Source: Ascidiella aspersa
Taxonomy: Eukaryota
Direction of reading: 5' to 3'
Length of the DNA: 64,000 nucleotides
NCBI GenBank assembly: GCA_963924565.1
Contig: OZ004609.1
Coordinates: 7,626,001 to 7,690,000, forward strand
Shown: piece after piece, positions 36,398-49,788 of the stretch
How positions within the stretch are numbered: position 1 is the stretch's first letter
Layout of the letters: every line of letters starts with the position of its first letter
The notes under the pieces: generated by a model
The model's input: only the letters and a program-made list of their open reading frames with translations
Told to the model about the DNA's origin: nothing
Databases searched by the model: none
Program-made: the position numbers and the translations under genes

Positions 36398-39300
36398 TTA
36401 GTCAAATAAGCTCACAACAGCATTGACACCAGTTTCAATACCAGATTTAATCGGTTTCACTACATATTTCTCGAAAGGTTGTGCAACATATTGATCCACG
36501 GTACTTGAAATGCGATACCAAAGGGTTCTGTTTTCCTCGTTTAGTTTCTTCACAGACTTGTACTCTTTGTTCAGCTCCGATTTGCATCTCTCCAAGAATG
36601 GTTCAAGAAGCTCCCTACTCTCCGATGCTGATTCGATTTGCCGTCTTCCGCGCGACTGAAGTCCATCATGTACATTTTGGAGGACTTCCTCCTCTACGTA
36701 ACGTCCATTGCATTGCTGTAGTTAAAGTTTAAACAAAATTTTAGGAGAAAAAATAATTCCTGTGTAATTTATTTACCTTACTATAAACAAGTCCGACATT
36801 AATCACTTTTGTAATAAGCGTTTACCTATTTTAATTATTTTTACTGTGTTCAAGGTTGGCTGTATTTTGCACTTACGTTCGAAAGAAATGGATTCTCCAT
36901 TCAGAACAGAAAATCATACATAACTATATGCTCTTGTGTTTAATACTGTTGTCTTTCCCTGATTGTACAAATTTTCACTTATTTTTGAACTAGTTTTCTT
37001 AAAGATTGCAGTTTTTTTAGATATCTCGATTCAGAATTGAGCGATGTGTTTATTTATATGTAACTAAATAGGTGAATATAAAGAACTTTAGATATAGGAT
37101 TGCAATGCAACTCACTGCTCCAACCACATAACTATGGGAAATACTCAACTATATGGTGGGCCAAAACTCGGCTTACAGTTATTAAACTTTTGTTAGGTAC
37201 CATTGAATGGCTACCACGCGGATAAAAACCCCAAACCAATAAATTTACTTTTAGACCCAAACCCTACTTTTTATAAGTGTAAGCCTACATTTGGGCCACT
37301 CTGTATACGCTATCTCGCGTTTTAAAGTATGCCCTCTTATCCATCTAGCATTTGGAAGGTCAAATTCGACAAGTTTAAGTATAGTTAAGTCCGACACCGA
37401 CTCCGCTGCTCTAATTGTGCTGAGGTTTTCAACACGTTAAGCACGACACATGCTACGAATAACCCCAACTGGCGCCTAGAGTTCGGGCATGAATTCAGCC
37501 ACCAGTAGACCACTTAACAGGGTTGCATACATCATTAATATACACAAACTATAACACTGCTTTAATATTTCTTACGCGCTTTGTATAAAATAGATTGAAA
37601 GTAGGTATATTCTATGCGTGATCTCCAGGAAACATTATCAGATATAAATCAATCAAAGCAATTTATAGGCTTTATACGGCCAGACGATTAGCTGCCAACG
37701 TATTAATTAAATTTTACTAAAAGATCTCTTGTAATAAGAATTATACACCGGACAATAAAACAAGTATCACTTGGCTAATATAACTTTAACAGATTGGCTT
37801 ACTTTTTCCATGGTCTTCATGTATTCCGCTTTTATGTCTTGCAACTCTCGTTCTGCATTTTCCTCACACGTTGCCTGCAATACAAGAAGATCTATTAAAT
37901 AAACAAACACGAGACGAGTGAAAACAATACTACTTTGAGGTATAAAAATCTGTGGACCTTATATAGCTAGTTCTAGGAGGGACTATTTAGCAAACGTTTT
38001 AACATTACGGCTAACTCCCAATAACTTGCAATTGGCATTCAACGATAAATAATTTTTATTATAATTAGGTAGTAACTTTTCTCATTGCTTTCCCATTATA
38101 AGGTTGAAATCTTTCCCTAATTTGAATTTTGGCGTATAAAATACCGCAGTGATTTGATTTACATTTTGAGGCAACGGTTTAAGGTCTGGCAAGCAAATTA
38201 AGAATTACAAAAGGCAGTTGAAGGTAAAAATGCTATATTTAACAAATTTGGACGCGAAAATAAATAACAAAAAACAACGATTGCCAAACTAAATAAACCT
38301 GTAAAAACACCAGGTTCAAACTCAATAGGTTGGGATAGAAGAACTTAATAAAGATTTTTATTGCTAAAAATCCTAAAAACGCCCAAACTTAAAGCAGTGG
38401 TTCCAAACGCCAAGAACACCAGCAACAGCAAGAGCATAAAATAACCATCCACAGTTCCAGCCCAAGGAATTTTACTCATTATTTTTTAGCTACCTTGTTT
38501 TGTTCGTTTCGCTCTTTGACTGAAACAAAATGCCCTTCAACGTCAGTCTCCAGCTTTCGACGAAACTCGTCAAAATATTTTTCAGGTTGCTTTTTGTCGA
38601 CGCGATCGTAATCGTGTAAAGCGTCGCTCTTCAGTAGCTGGTGTCTCTTGACCAACTTGGATTCTTCATGGTAAGTTTGGGAACTCTAAAATGTATTAAA
38701 ATTGTAAATCTTGGCGTAAATGTATTTCAACCTGCTCGCATGACAAACCGTAGCAGTTTTGACAGCTTCCAATAACCGAAAAGAGAATTTACATATTGCT
38801 TGATGAATTTAAAACCGATTCCGTAAATTTCACATCAATTGCACATTCTAAAACGGGATCTTAATCTGATTTTAATTTGTGACGCGGAACCTTTTGTAAA
38901 TTAATAAAAAATCATGTGTTTTCCTTTTACAATTGCATATGCAAGCAAGTGCGACTTGCATACTATCCATTAAAGAACTGGTAAAATTATGGTACTCATA
39001 TATTGCTTTGATGTCTAGGGAGTGTGACTGTCAACCTATTAATGAAAAGAGTGTGAAAAATGCGTTTTTTTTAATGGAACATCAGCAGAAAAATTACCAC
39101 TTAATTCTATCGACAGTAATTTCACCTCCTCGATTCGCCGTTGATAATGAAGGTAGGCTTCACGTTTTGCTTTTTCGAAGTCATTCCGAGCCCTTTCCTA
39201 GAAGATGAAAATGTAATCAGATATTTAAAATAAATTTAATGCATTTTCGTGCAAAGCGTTCAAGCAAAATTTGTTCTTTACTATGGGAAAATTGGCATTA

Positions 39301-42300
39301 AAATTGCTCGCTGATGGTCGTATTCATCAATCGGACCAGACTCAACAAATAGCAACGGTCCAGCTATTAATAAAACAATTTTTAAAACTAATCAACCAAA
39401 TGAAAATTAGCAGTTAAAATAACATAACAATGAGCGTCAATAAACGAATATACAAAATCTGAATATAAAAATCTCGTGGTAATTTTATTCACTACCAAAA
39501 ATATAAATACATATTTAGAAGACGCTTAATTCATCACTGTCCTTGTACAACAAATCAAAAGAAAAACTATTTATTTATGACACAATATTTCTTTCCATAC
39601 CCACCCCACGAGTGTCGTTCCGTCGTTTTATCTTGTCGAACTCGTTGTCGAGAAATTCGTCGAGCTGAGAGCGACATTGCTGTGCGAAATCTTTGCCTCT
39701 GTCCTCTTCTACAGACGCGATGATTGCTCGCGCTTTGCTCTTGCTCTCGGCATGTGCGTGCTTGAGTGTGGATTCTTCTGTGTAGCCAATACTGCAAACC
39801 TGGGTAAGAGGACAAGAGCGTGCTGTGTGGTTTATATTGACGTGGTTTATGCTGAGATGCTGTATCGGTGGAGGGTATAGGACATCAGCACAAATAAAAA
39901 GACACATAGGACCTGAGAAACAACACAGGCCGGCTGAACATGGCTTATCAAGTGATTTAGCAAGACCTGCAGCTCATGTTCCATAAAACGCATTTAATTT
40001 AGATTATTTGATCAAAAAAATTACACAAGGCATTCAAACCTATTTTTAGTTTTTCACCTTGTCAAATGAGATCATTTATACCTTTCTTTTGAAAGGAACG
40101 ACACTTTATGTGCATGTCAGATACCCTCTTTTCTTTCTGCTATAAACACATTTAATTACTCATGGGCTCAAATATAAAAATTGCCTGCTCCTGCTGCAGA
40201 AAGTAGCAATGATAACCTTTGAACACCATTTATTGGTAGTCCTGTTTGTAGAAATTTCTAAATGTATGGATATGCATTACCTGAAGGAATGGTTCTCAGC
40301 GATTAAAAGTGTACTTAAAAGAGTTTCAGTAATTATTTTGTCCGTAATAGTTAGCTAATACCTCATCTTTACTAAAAGTGCAAAGAAATCCGTTAGAAGA
40401 ATGGTACGGCATAAAAACAAAATTTTGCCTATACAAATCTAAATCTAAAACATGTTAAACGGCATAACATTTTGCTTTAGCCTTTAAATTGACAATACGT
40501 GGCGCTAGACTTAATGGACGCAGAAATTTAACACGTTTAATTTATATTTAAAAAAAAACTATAATATTAAATGTACAAAACACTTGGAAATTACTTACCT
40601 CATCCATCAAAGATGTATAGAGAGCCTTTGCTTGATTCATGATCTCAATGGTCTTGGATTCCGCTAGTTTCTGGAAAATATACGGTTTCTTTACCACGTC
40701 GTATGATTTCTTTGTACAGATTAATTTCTATCAAAAATTAACCGTCAAAAGTAGGCACAGTAGACAAAGAGTGCTTGTACGCTGTAAGAAGATAATAAGA
40801 TTGTGCTTGAAAACAATTTTTTATATTTTAATTAGAATTTATAATCCCTTATTTAGTTGGAGATTTTCGTAAATAAGATATACGAAAAAATAGGCCTAAG
40901 TCACTGAGATGTAGAGTTACTTTATAAATGATAAAATAAAAACGTTGAGTGATTGCAGGGTAGTTGTTCACTGGGATACGTTATACAAAAACAAACTTAG
41001 GATTTAATATCGCTATATGTAAATGTTGTGAGGGGTTAACATTTTTTTTAATTTTCTGCTTGGGGTTAATAGGGGTAATGGTAGGAGTTAGAAATTTAGT
41101 TGGGGTTAGTGTTTTAGGGGTGAGATTCGGGTTAGATAAAATGTATTGGCCTGATTCTTACCATTCAGGTCTTATTCCTAAGGATTGATTTATACGGTAA
41201 TTCGACTATTACGTATTAGTCCTATTTTGATCTTATTCCGAACTGTGTTTTATTCGAATGTTAATGTTGTTCTTATTTAGGTCTTATTGTTGGAGTCATG
41301 ACGAATATGCGGTGCAACAAATATCACTTGCTTTATTGATGTCGTTGGTTTGCTTCATCTTTCGTCTTTCCTCTGCGATCTTCTTCAGGAGGCGTTCTTT
41401 CTCTTCCGTCCGCTGAGGGGTTCCTCTTCCGACAGGTGAAGTTTTGAATATGTTTAGTGCGCTCTTCTGTGAAGAGTCGTGTGCCGCTTTGAAGTCGCTA
41501 TCCTCCAGGAAAACGTCGCTGCATTTCTGGGATAAACACATTGGTAACACGTCTATTTTCTATATGTTCAATGGGAAGAGGGTTAAAGGCAAAGAATGCC
41601 GTGCATTAATATATAAAAACCAAACATAGCAGTAATGTAAGAAAACAAAATCCAAAAACACGATACGTAACATTGGCGTTTTTTCCCTCAGCCTTGCATC
41701 AGGGAGTCGAACCTTTTGACTTTTTCGGTTCGGGTTCAAGGATTTTTTTGGAATCCGGTTCAGTTCCGGTTCAGCTCCGGTTCAAAGTTGTGACGTCATA
41801 CAGGAGCGAACCGCTCTAATTTACAGGTTCGGGTTCGGTACTTCCAAATTATTCGGTTCAGTTCCGGTTCGGTTCCTTAAAATCTTATAAAAACCGGTTC
41901 ATAAAGTTCCGTTACGGTTCGGAATAAGTTGACCCAAAACCGGTTCATAAAGTTCCGGTTCGGTTCCGGTTCGACTCCCTGCCTTGCATAGAGTATACAT
42001 AGGGCTATCTTTACGGATACGTGACATTTTATTCGGTTACCGACATCCGATATTTTGGTCAAAAAGGATCGCGATCCTATCCAAACCAATGACGTCATTC
42101 CTATGCTCGAACAACCATACTGGTTTAAATTGCAACGTTCCATGGTAACTTTGTCCAATTTATAAGGTCATATTTGGACTTAAAATTAACAAGTTCAGTT
42201 CGTTTAACCCACTATTTTTTTAATAAATGTACATTTTAAAGTAGAAATCGCTAAGATATATCGTAAATCGTTAACGAAATTCCTATAATAGTTTGGTGTC

Positions 42301-45300
42301 TGGTAAACTCAATGAAATCCCGTTCCAGAAGGGTGCGAACAAACGCAGCTTCCCTTAACAGCAGCTTATTCTAACTTTGCACGTTTTTAAAGCTTTGTAA
42401 CTTTTATTCGACAAAACAAGCACAAGTAAACCAGCAATAACTCACCTGTTCCATTCCCTTAATGTAAGCATCGATTGACTTCAGCGTTTCGCTTTCCAAC
42501 CGACGTCGCATTTCCTCCTGTACAAACATAACATAAGTAGTTCTGAACAAACTTCGTTATTGATGTTCTCTAGGGAGCGTATGTAGGAAACGGAAGACTT
42601 TTATGGTCACCAGGAGAGGGGCCTAACAAAGGATGTTACTCATAATTTTAGATAACATTTAGTACACTGATTAAAATAAAAACACTAATGGCAGTGTACC
42701 AAGTTTTCTTCAAATTTGTAAAGACAAACTTTACCCCTTCGTTACTTTGATTCGAGTTTTAGCATTCGGAAAATGTGCTGGATTTTATGGATAGATCTAC
42801 GAACTCAAAGACTGTGGTTTTAAATAAACAGTAGATGAAGCCGTTTTAAATAAAAAGGTAAAACGAGAGAACCTTTACAGACTATAGTGGAAACAAAAAT
42901 TGGCGTCATCTAAAAAGACGAAACTAGCTGCAGTTCAAACGGAATTCCCCGTTTACGTAGCTGGCTTTGCCTCTACAGTAAAACCGTTTCACAAGAAGCT
43001 TTTAGTGACGTCAAGTTCAAAACTAATGCCTCGACCATGGGGATTTCCACGTTGCGAAATATATGTCTTTAAATCTCCTTTTTCAAGGCAATGCTTTGAA
43101 ATGTGTGAATTTTATACGAAAAACGAAAAGCGACACGTTACTTTAAAACATCACGTTGCTGTCAAAATAAAAAAAACGCGCAAACTATTCCCGATGTTAT
43201 ATTTTATATACGCATTATCAAGCTTTTAAAAGCATTTCAGAATTTTTTCCAATGCCGCTACCACTCCAATTTTTTAATTTCAAATTTGAATAAAAAAACA
43301 TTACGAAGCAGTCACGGGCAAACAACAAAGCTATATACGTAAACGTTCCAATGCAATGTGACTAGAAATCGCTTGAATAGTTAACCCCCGCGAAAACAAC
43401 AACGAAGGGAATTCCCCTTTAAGTAGGCCACTCTTTGGCTCTTCACTAAGTAAACTCACTTCACATTGCAGAAAGCTTTGAGTTACGTCAATGGCGAAAC
43501 TAATTGACCTAGCACGCGTTTTTCCTATTGCGAATGGCACGGATTTTCTGGTTATTTTTCAAAAAAAAATAATTCCTCGAAATCTGTGACGAAATTTTAT
43601 ACGACATGTTTAAATTATTAAGTTGCTCGTAAAACTTTGAAATGTCACCTTTCTGGTTAAACAAAAAATGCTTGAAATATCCCGTATGTTATATTTTATA
43701 TAGGCATTATCAAACTTTTTAACGCAGTTCCGAAACATTTTTTTCCAATGCCGCTACCACACCAATTTTTAAATTACAAATTTGAAAAACATTGCGAAAA
43801 CATGGGCAAACAACAAATTCAGTCAAACATGGGCAAACAACAAATTTAAAGGCAAACGTTCGATTTCTCTGTGACTATAGAAATCGCTTGTTATCCATAA
43901 CTGCCGAAGCAACAATGTATCGCACGCGACAAAGAGGACAGACATTGCTTAGCAGATCGTAGATCAGGTCGTTTCAACGCTATTACAAGGCATGTCGGAA
44001 AGCCGCTGAAGTACCTGTCTGTGTTTGCTTAAACGAAACCCGTTACCCGACGCTGGTGATTCCCCATCTGAAAGCGCGTGAACTCCTGCCTCATAAGTTC
44101 GACCAGCTTGTTTCTGTATTGCTCCGTAAACTCCTGCGGGCAATCTTTGGTGTTTTGCTCGTACAAGTCGAATGCTTCTTGCCGGCTCTTGTCGTTCGCT
44201 TTGAGCAAACTCTCGTTGTTCAAGACCTCGCCTTTAGCAACCTAGCAGCGCCCGAATTGACAAATTTATTGAGGTTTACGCTACTGAGCACAACATAAAA
44301 GTGGTGAATGTTTGACAATTAGCAATGTTTTAAAATGGCAATCAGCACTAACTTACAATCTGCAAATAACTTTGCCATGACAGTGTGGCGATGTAAACGT
44401 ATTCTTACATCTCGCTGTATAACAAGTGTACTTTGCCTATATGCAAGTATGAAAACATATTTCGTATATGTGGCTTACATTTTGAAGGCTGGATGAATAT
44501 TTCTCTTCGGCCTGCGCAACAAAATCGCGAACGCGGTTCTTCAAACGTTCCTGAAAGAAAATATAAATTTATGAAAGGGGTCAACAAACCTTTCTCATAG
44601 AGGGTCAAATAACTTGACTGACTGGCGCCAAATAAAACAAATTGGAGATCACGGGCCGCTTGTAAATCTTTACATTTACCTTAGACGTATAGTTATTATC
44701 AAAGAAGAAAAGATAAAAAAATATTAAAATGTGTACACTTATGAAGTTGTTGTTTAGTTTAAAGTTTAATTTAAATTTAGCTTAATTTTGCATCGATACT
44801 CATTTCCGGATTATTTGGAAAATATGACGCGGGCCAGAAGATAAAGCAGCGCACCTGGTTTATGCGAATAGTCATAAATGTCCAGCGACACCAGCTGTTT
44901 TTATATGTTATGTCAAATTTAATTGATTTTTGTTTTGCTAGAGTGAAATCGTCACAACCGACAAATGAATTAGAATACAGCTTCGCATAACGGTATAGTA
45001 TAAACTCCATTTCGGAACTCCATTTAGTCAGTTGGCTAAATCAGAAAAGCAAATGATTGCGAATTACCATCTGTGCGATGTTAGTTTGCTCGTGGGTGGC
45101 AAACTCCTGCTTGATCATTTCGACTAACTTCTTTCTGTATTCGGCAATGAACGAGTCATTACCAAGTTTGGGAACAACGTCAAACTGCTGCAAAGCAATT
45201 GCCTGACCGGTTTCGTGTTTTTCCCGGAGAACTTTCAACTGCACAAAGCCGAACTCGTCGAAAAGCTGAAGCGACAAAAAATATCACTTGTTTAAACCAC

Positions 45301-48300
45301 ATTAAACATGGACACAAAAATGCATTTTAGTACTTTAACTTTGTAAAATAATTGCTAGTTTTACAGACCTTAGTCATTTGGTTGGAGTAAGCTTCCTTGC
45401 ATTGCTGAAGGATGGGTATCATTGCTGCCTTTGCACTTGCCTATACAAACAGAGAATAGTTGGTACTATACCCTGCTAAAAACTGTTATAGCTGTATAAT
45501 GCAATGTTGAAATCCGAATAGTTGGATTATCTTAGTTATAAAGGGAATGGAAACTATTAACTTCTGTTCACATTAATTAATTAATTCAGTATCATATGCG
45601 GAATACTAAGTGAATAAATTACGGTACTTCCGATTCGCCAACAAAAGTCGCAAAACACCTGGTTCAATTTGCTTTTGACGCTTGTAGCGCTCAAATTAGG
45701 AAAATTCGAGGCTTTGTAGCGTCTGTGTTAAAACACGTTTTAGAAATTTTACGGTTCAAGCGAACTGTGTTAGAACTGGATAAAAGTAAACAGCGAATGC
45801 GCAGACTAATCAAGCTTCGGTATGAAAGATGATAGCCAGGAACCGCATTATTCACCAAACATGTATGGTAAATACATTTACTAAAACGAGAAATAAAGCC
45901 ATTCTCAAAGTAGTTTTACTTATGTTGAATTAACAATGCTTTAGCAACAATAAAAGTCTAACCTGCTATTAACGGGGTTAAATTATAAACATTTATAATG
46001 TACAAAACTGTAAGAGAACAAATCCGTAGTCTGCATCGCTTGGCAACGTTTCGTTATGGATGATTAGTCTGCCCATTCGCTGTTCACCTGACTTGAGCGC
46101 TACAAGCGTTGAAAACAGTCAAAATAGATTATTTAGGCTAGACAAACCAACTATTGAAGCTGGACAAAATGTGACTGAAGTCCAAACTTTATTTAGAACA
46201 ATGTTATTATAGGCACGAGTTAACCTAAGTATAAGAAAAACCTAGCCAAAATATTTATGCGACTATATTCTCGAGAATGATTAGCAAAAAAACCTGCAAA
46301 ATTGTCCCGACGTCTGGCATTTTCCCACTTCGAAACACCTCGAAGTAAGCCAGCATAAAGTTGATGAGAGCTTGCCCTGTTACGATGTTGCCGTTAACCC
46401 TCTTGATGACGACATTGTGAGGCGAAAACAAATGCTGAACGAGCTCTTCCAAATGGTCGAGAAAGTCCAATTCCACTTCTGCATAATAAATAATATTATT
46501 AAACGCTTAAAAAAGTATATGACGTTGTGTCTTTAAAAAATCACTGTTCGACACAGGAATTCTAAATCGGGATATTTGACAGAAATTGTATGATATGTTG
46601 AAATGCTCGATATCAGTTTATCGACAACAATTCGATTGCTCCAGACTTAGTTTCAACTTTTCTTAGCCGATATACCGCTGACTTTGGGGCGATTTACCAA
46701 TGGAGGCCATTTTTAACTTGCAGATTACCTGCCAGACAAATAGAGCTTCCCTGTTTCTGTCCTCTGACAGCCACCTTCCTTCCAGGATGAGGCATCAGAA
46801 AGCAGGACACGTCGTCGTAAGAATCCTTCACGTTTTTTCGGACGGACTCCAAGTCTTTGTGCTTCGTCTTTACGGCCAATAAATCTTCCAAGACCTGTCG
46901 ACCGCCTCCTATACCAAGCTCGAAATCAGGGTCCTGCCAATCTCGCACCAGAAACAGCAGATTCTAAAATGTTTCGCACTCTATATTTAGGATGTATAAC
47001 GTCGTAAACTCTAAGCGTTGCTTGTTTAGGTCGCAAAATACACAATGTGGACACCATAGGTAAATGTGAATAGCATTTGATCTATTGCAACAGTCGGAAG
47101 GGTAAAATTTGTGTGTCGAAATATTAGAATTCGGGCATTTTTAACAACTGTCTCTAATATATGGTAAACTTTGAAAGCTCTAGAAACGGTCAACTATAGC
47201 GAAAAATTATTTAATAACCTACCTGAAAAGGTTTTCCGTTCAGCCTGCTAGATTTGTGGGCCGCTTTGCCGTAGTCCGTGAACAACTGGCAAATAATTGC
47301 GAAATAGTTTCAGACTAAAATATTTCAATTGTGTTAATTTCATTTATTCCTATACTTGCAAATGCTGGAGGGCGTCTTCCTGTATCTGCTGCATGACATT
47401 GTAGATTTGCACGGAACTTATCATCGTGCTTAAAGCAAATATGACGGAACAGCCTTTGACCGAAGTAGAACTGTCAAAGGCTCCCTGCGTGTCCATCAGA
47501 AACACGGCGACCTGTAATAAGGATTGTTTGGTAAGTCAGGTTGAAAAATGTTGAGAGGCAGATTACATATAGCGGCTCGATTGTCTGTAGTCCATTTATT
47601 GACTAAAATGCGATTTGCGTTACATTGTATCCTAATAAACTATATATGCATTATGTAGAAACTGTTTCTTCCAAACTCACGACCAAAACTGGTGAAATTT
47701 TGTATAGGTTCTCCTCTCTGTTAACAGTTTTGCCCAGTTTTAAGTTACTTTGATTGATAAAAAATCCATTCAGCCCTAGAATGTTGTTGTTTCATACAAG
47801 ACGCAATACAGCACTGAACAGTCAGTAGCGCAAAGAAAGCACTATAGCCAAAATTTTAGGATTCTCTTTAAATCGTTATTCGGCAAATATGAGGTTTCCA
47901 ATCAATTGCATTATGATCGAAATTATATTGCTGAAAATGCTCGTTATGTTTCTATTATGGATATATGCAGGACTCATATGCTAAAATATTACCTCTCCAG
48001 CTGGTGTATTGACAAAGAACGGTTCGTTCCACAGCCAGACTCCTTGCGTATGCCTGTCCTTGCCGCCTCTCCAACCGAAACCTTCACGAAGCTGCTCGTC
48101 TTTGTTGGCAAGCCACGACTTAGACTAAAATACAATTTAAAACTGAATATGGTCGAGTTTAATCCTGATAAGGAAAGAAGCCAATTTATTCAGCAAATCC
48201 GCAACTGAAAGCAAATGTGAAAAAAACACTATTGTAAATACACGCATCGTTCTTTGCCAGTAAAACCTATTTTTTGTGATGTTAACAGCAGATTGGATTA

Positions 48301-49133
48301 TTGATTGTTGAGGCCTTGATTACTTCATGCTAATTCATCGTCAAATAGTAAACACACTACTACACGGTACCGTAAAATCTATTACTGGGTGTATACGGAA
48401 AGGAACGCCTTGTTTACTCCTTGCTAATAAACCGCCGAATAGTGAACACACTACTGCAAAGAACTAAAATCCCACATAAATTGGTGTATATAGCAATTCC
48501 CAAACTGTGTGCCGCGGCACACTAGTGTGCCTCGAGAGATTGCCAAGTGTGCCACGAAACTTTTTTGTAATTTCGGAAAATAGAATATTTGTATTACCGA
48601 TAGACATACACGCAAGCATTTTAGACTTAAATACGCCATACCCCTAAAAAATTTATTGTATTGCAACATACATATATTTTGTTGTGTGTTAAGGGCGATT
48701 GTAAAGTTACTCTGTTGTTATTCTGTTAAAAGTGTTCCGCAAAATATTTCAGATAATTTTAGTGTGCAGCGAACCAAAAAAGTGTTTGGGAACCACTGGT
48801 GATACGAAAAGGTACGATCACGGTAAAAATGCTTGGTTTTTATCCGAACTTGAACTTGCAAATGAACCATCCGTAATCATGATCAATCCCCGGAAGCCAA
48901 CTTACCTTTCCTTGCTTCTGCGACCACAAGTAGCGAAGAAACAAGTTGAGCATGAAGGATTTCCCTTTGCGGAACGCACCAGCCAACGAATACACGGCAA
49001 CCGGAACGTCAGCGACCTGACCGAACACCCGCTCAAGTTCCACTGAGTCGATTTCGAACGAACCCGAGTCATTTGGTCGAACAATCTGGACGGCCTTGTA
49101 AGTTCCAATGTCCTTGCGTTCTGCGTAAAGCAT
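36398..49133 (-). CDS. Atlastin-like (GB1/RHD3 family) large GTPase with six tandem three-helix-bundle repeats and no TM hairpin (~907 aa)
   Basis: Exons 49133-48906, 48124-47993, 47511-47356, 47285-47223, 46963-46729, 46478-46294, 45440-45369, 45265-45068, 44550-44479, 44241-44047, 42517-42446, 41526-41332, 40670-40599, 39799-39605, 39197-39126, 38685-38494, 37874-37803 and 36715-36398 are phase-consistent and stop-free, with one GC donor at 41331. G1 GAFRKGKS, G2 [12 protein letters not shown]3 DTQG, G4 VRDW and FLMPHPG are atlastin signatures. Confidence 0.9.
41700..41981. mobile_element. hAT-type MITE in GTPase intron 11
   Basis: 14-bp TIR CAGGGAGTCGAACC / GGTTCGACTCCCTG, perfect 8-bp TSD CCTTGCAT, and internal (CGGTTC)-type repeats. 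Confidence 0.9.
43175..43890. repeat. Diverged ~200-bp direct duplication in GTPase intron 10
   Basis: ...tgttatattttatata.gcattatcaa...ttccaatgccgctaccac.ccaattttt...gggcaaacaacaaa occurs at ~43190 and ~43685. Confidence 0.7.
48491..48798. mobile_element. hAT-type MITE in GTPase intron 1
   Basis: TTCCCAAACTGTGTGCCGCGGCACACTAGTGTGCC at the left and TTTGGGAACCACTG at the right. Related ends occur at ~30590-30615 and ~54882. Confidence 0.7.
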
Positions 49134-49788
49134 TTTATTCTATGCTTTGTCTTCATTAATATTATATACACTTCAAAATAAGAATAATACGGACTCAACA
49201 AAACGCACCGCCTTTTTCAAATTCGCGTTATGTGAAAGAGTTTATGCTAAAGTTCAGGTCATAAGCACGACCTATTCGATGACAACTGTTCTAATACAAG
49301 AATGATAGAGCTAACGTTTCACTCTTTACTTACGGTTGTCAGTCATTCCATATCCGTGTTCATTTAAAATGTCTCCTGATCGATCATCACTTCGAGGCAT
49401 ATAAGACATGGTTTTAGCCAACAAACTTATATTTATAAAGAGAACTAACTATAAGGCTCTGACTGTCTTTAATCGAGTTTAATGTGCTTAAAACGAATAT
49501 TCCTGCTTGTTTTTATATACACCGCTGAAACGACATTAATAGTGAGCTTCAGAGCTTGTTATTGACAACAACAGCTACGCCGCGATTTTCGAACTAATTT
49601 GTAAAAGTCTAAGCGTACCAGGCTTACACTTGTGACTCAAACTAATGTTCTGCTTCTTGCTCGATGCGTTACGCCGCTTAAATAACACAGCATCGCACAG
49701 CGCTTGCAAGGCAGACAGAGAGTACACAGTTTTGTCGTTTTATGTGTTCAATACGGCCATGACCTTTTCTCTCCACTCGCCAGACACG

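Noticed and set aside
39800-39907. N-terminal extensions of ORF-track entries around GTPase and GPCR exons
   Set aside because: They are intronic read-through upstream of clear AG acceptors.
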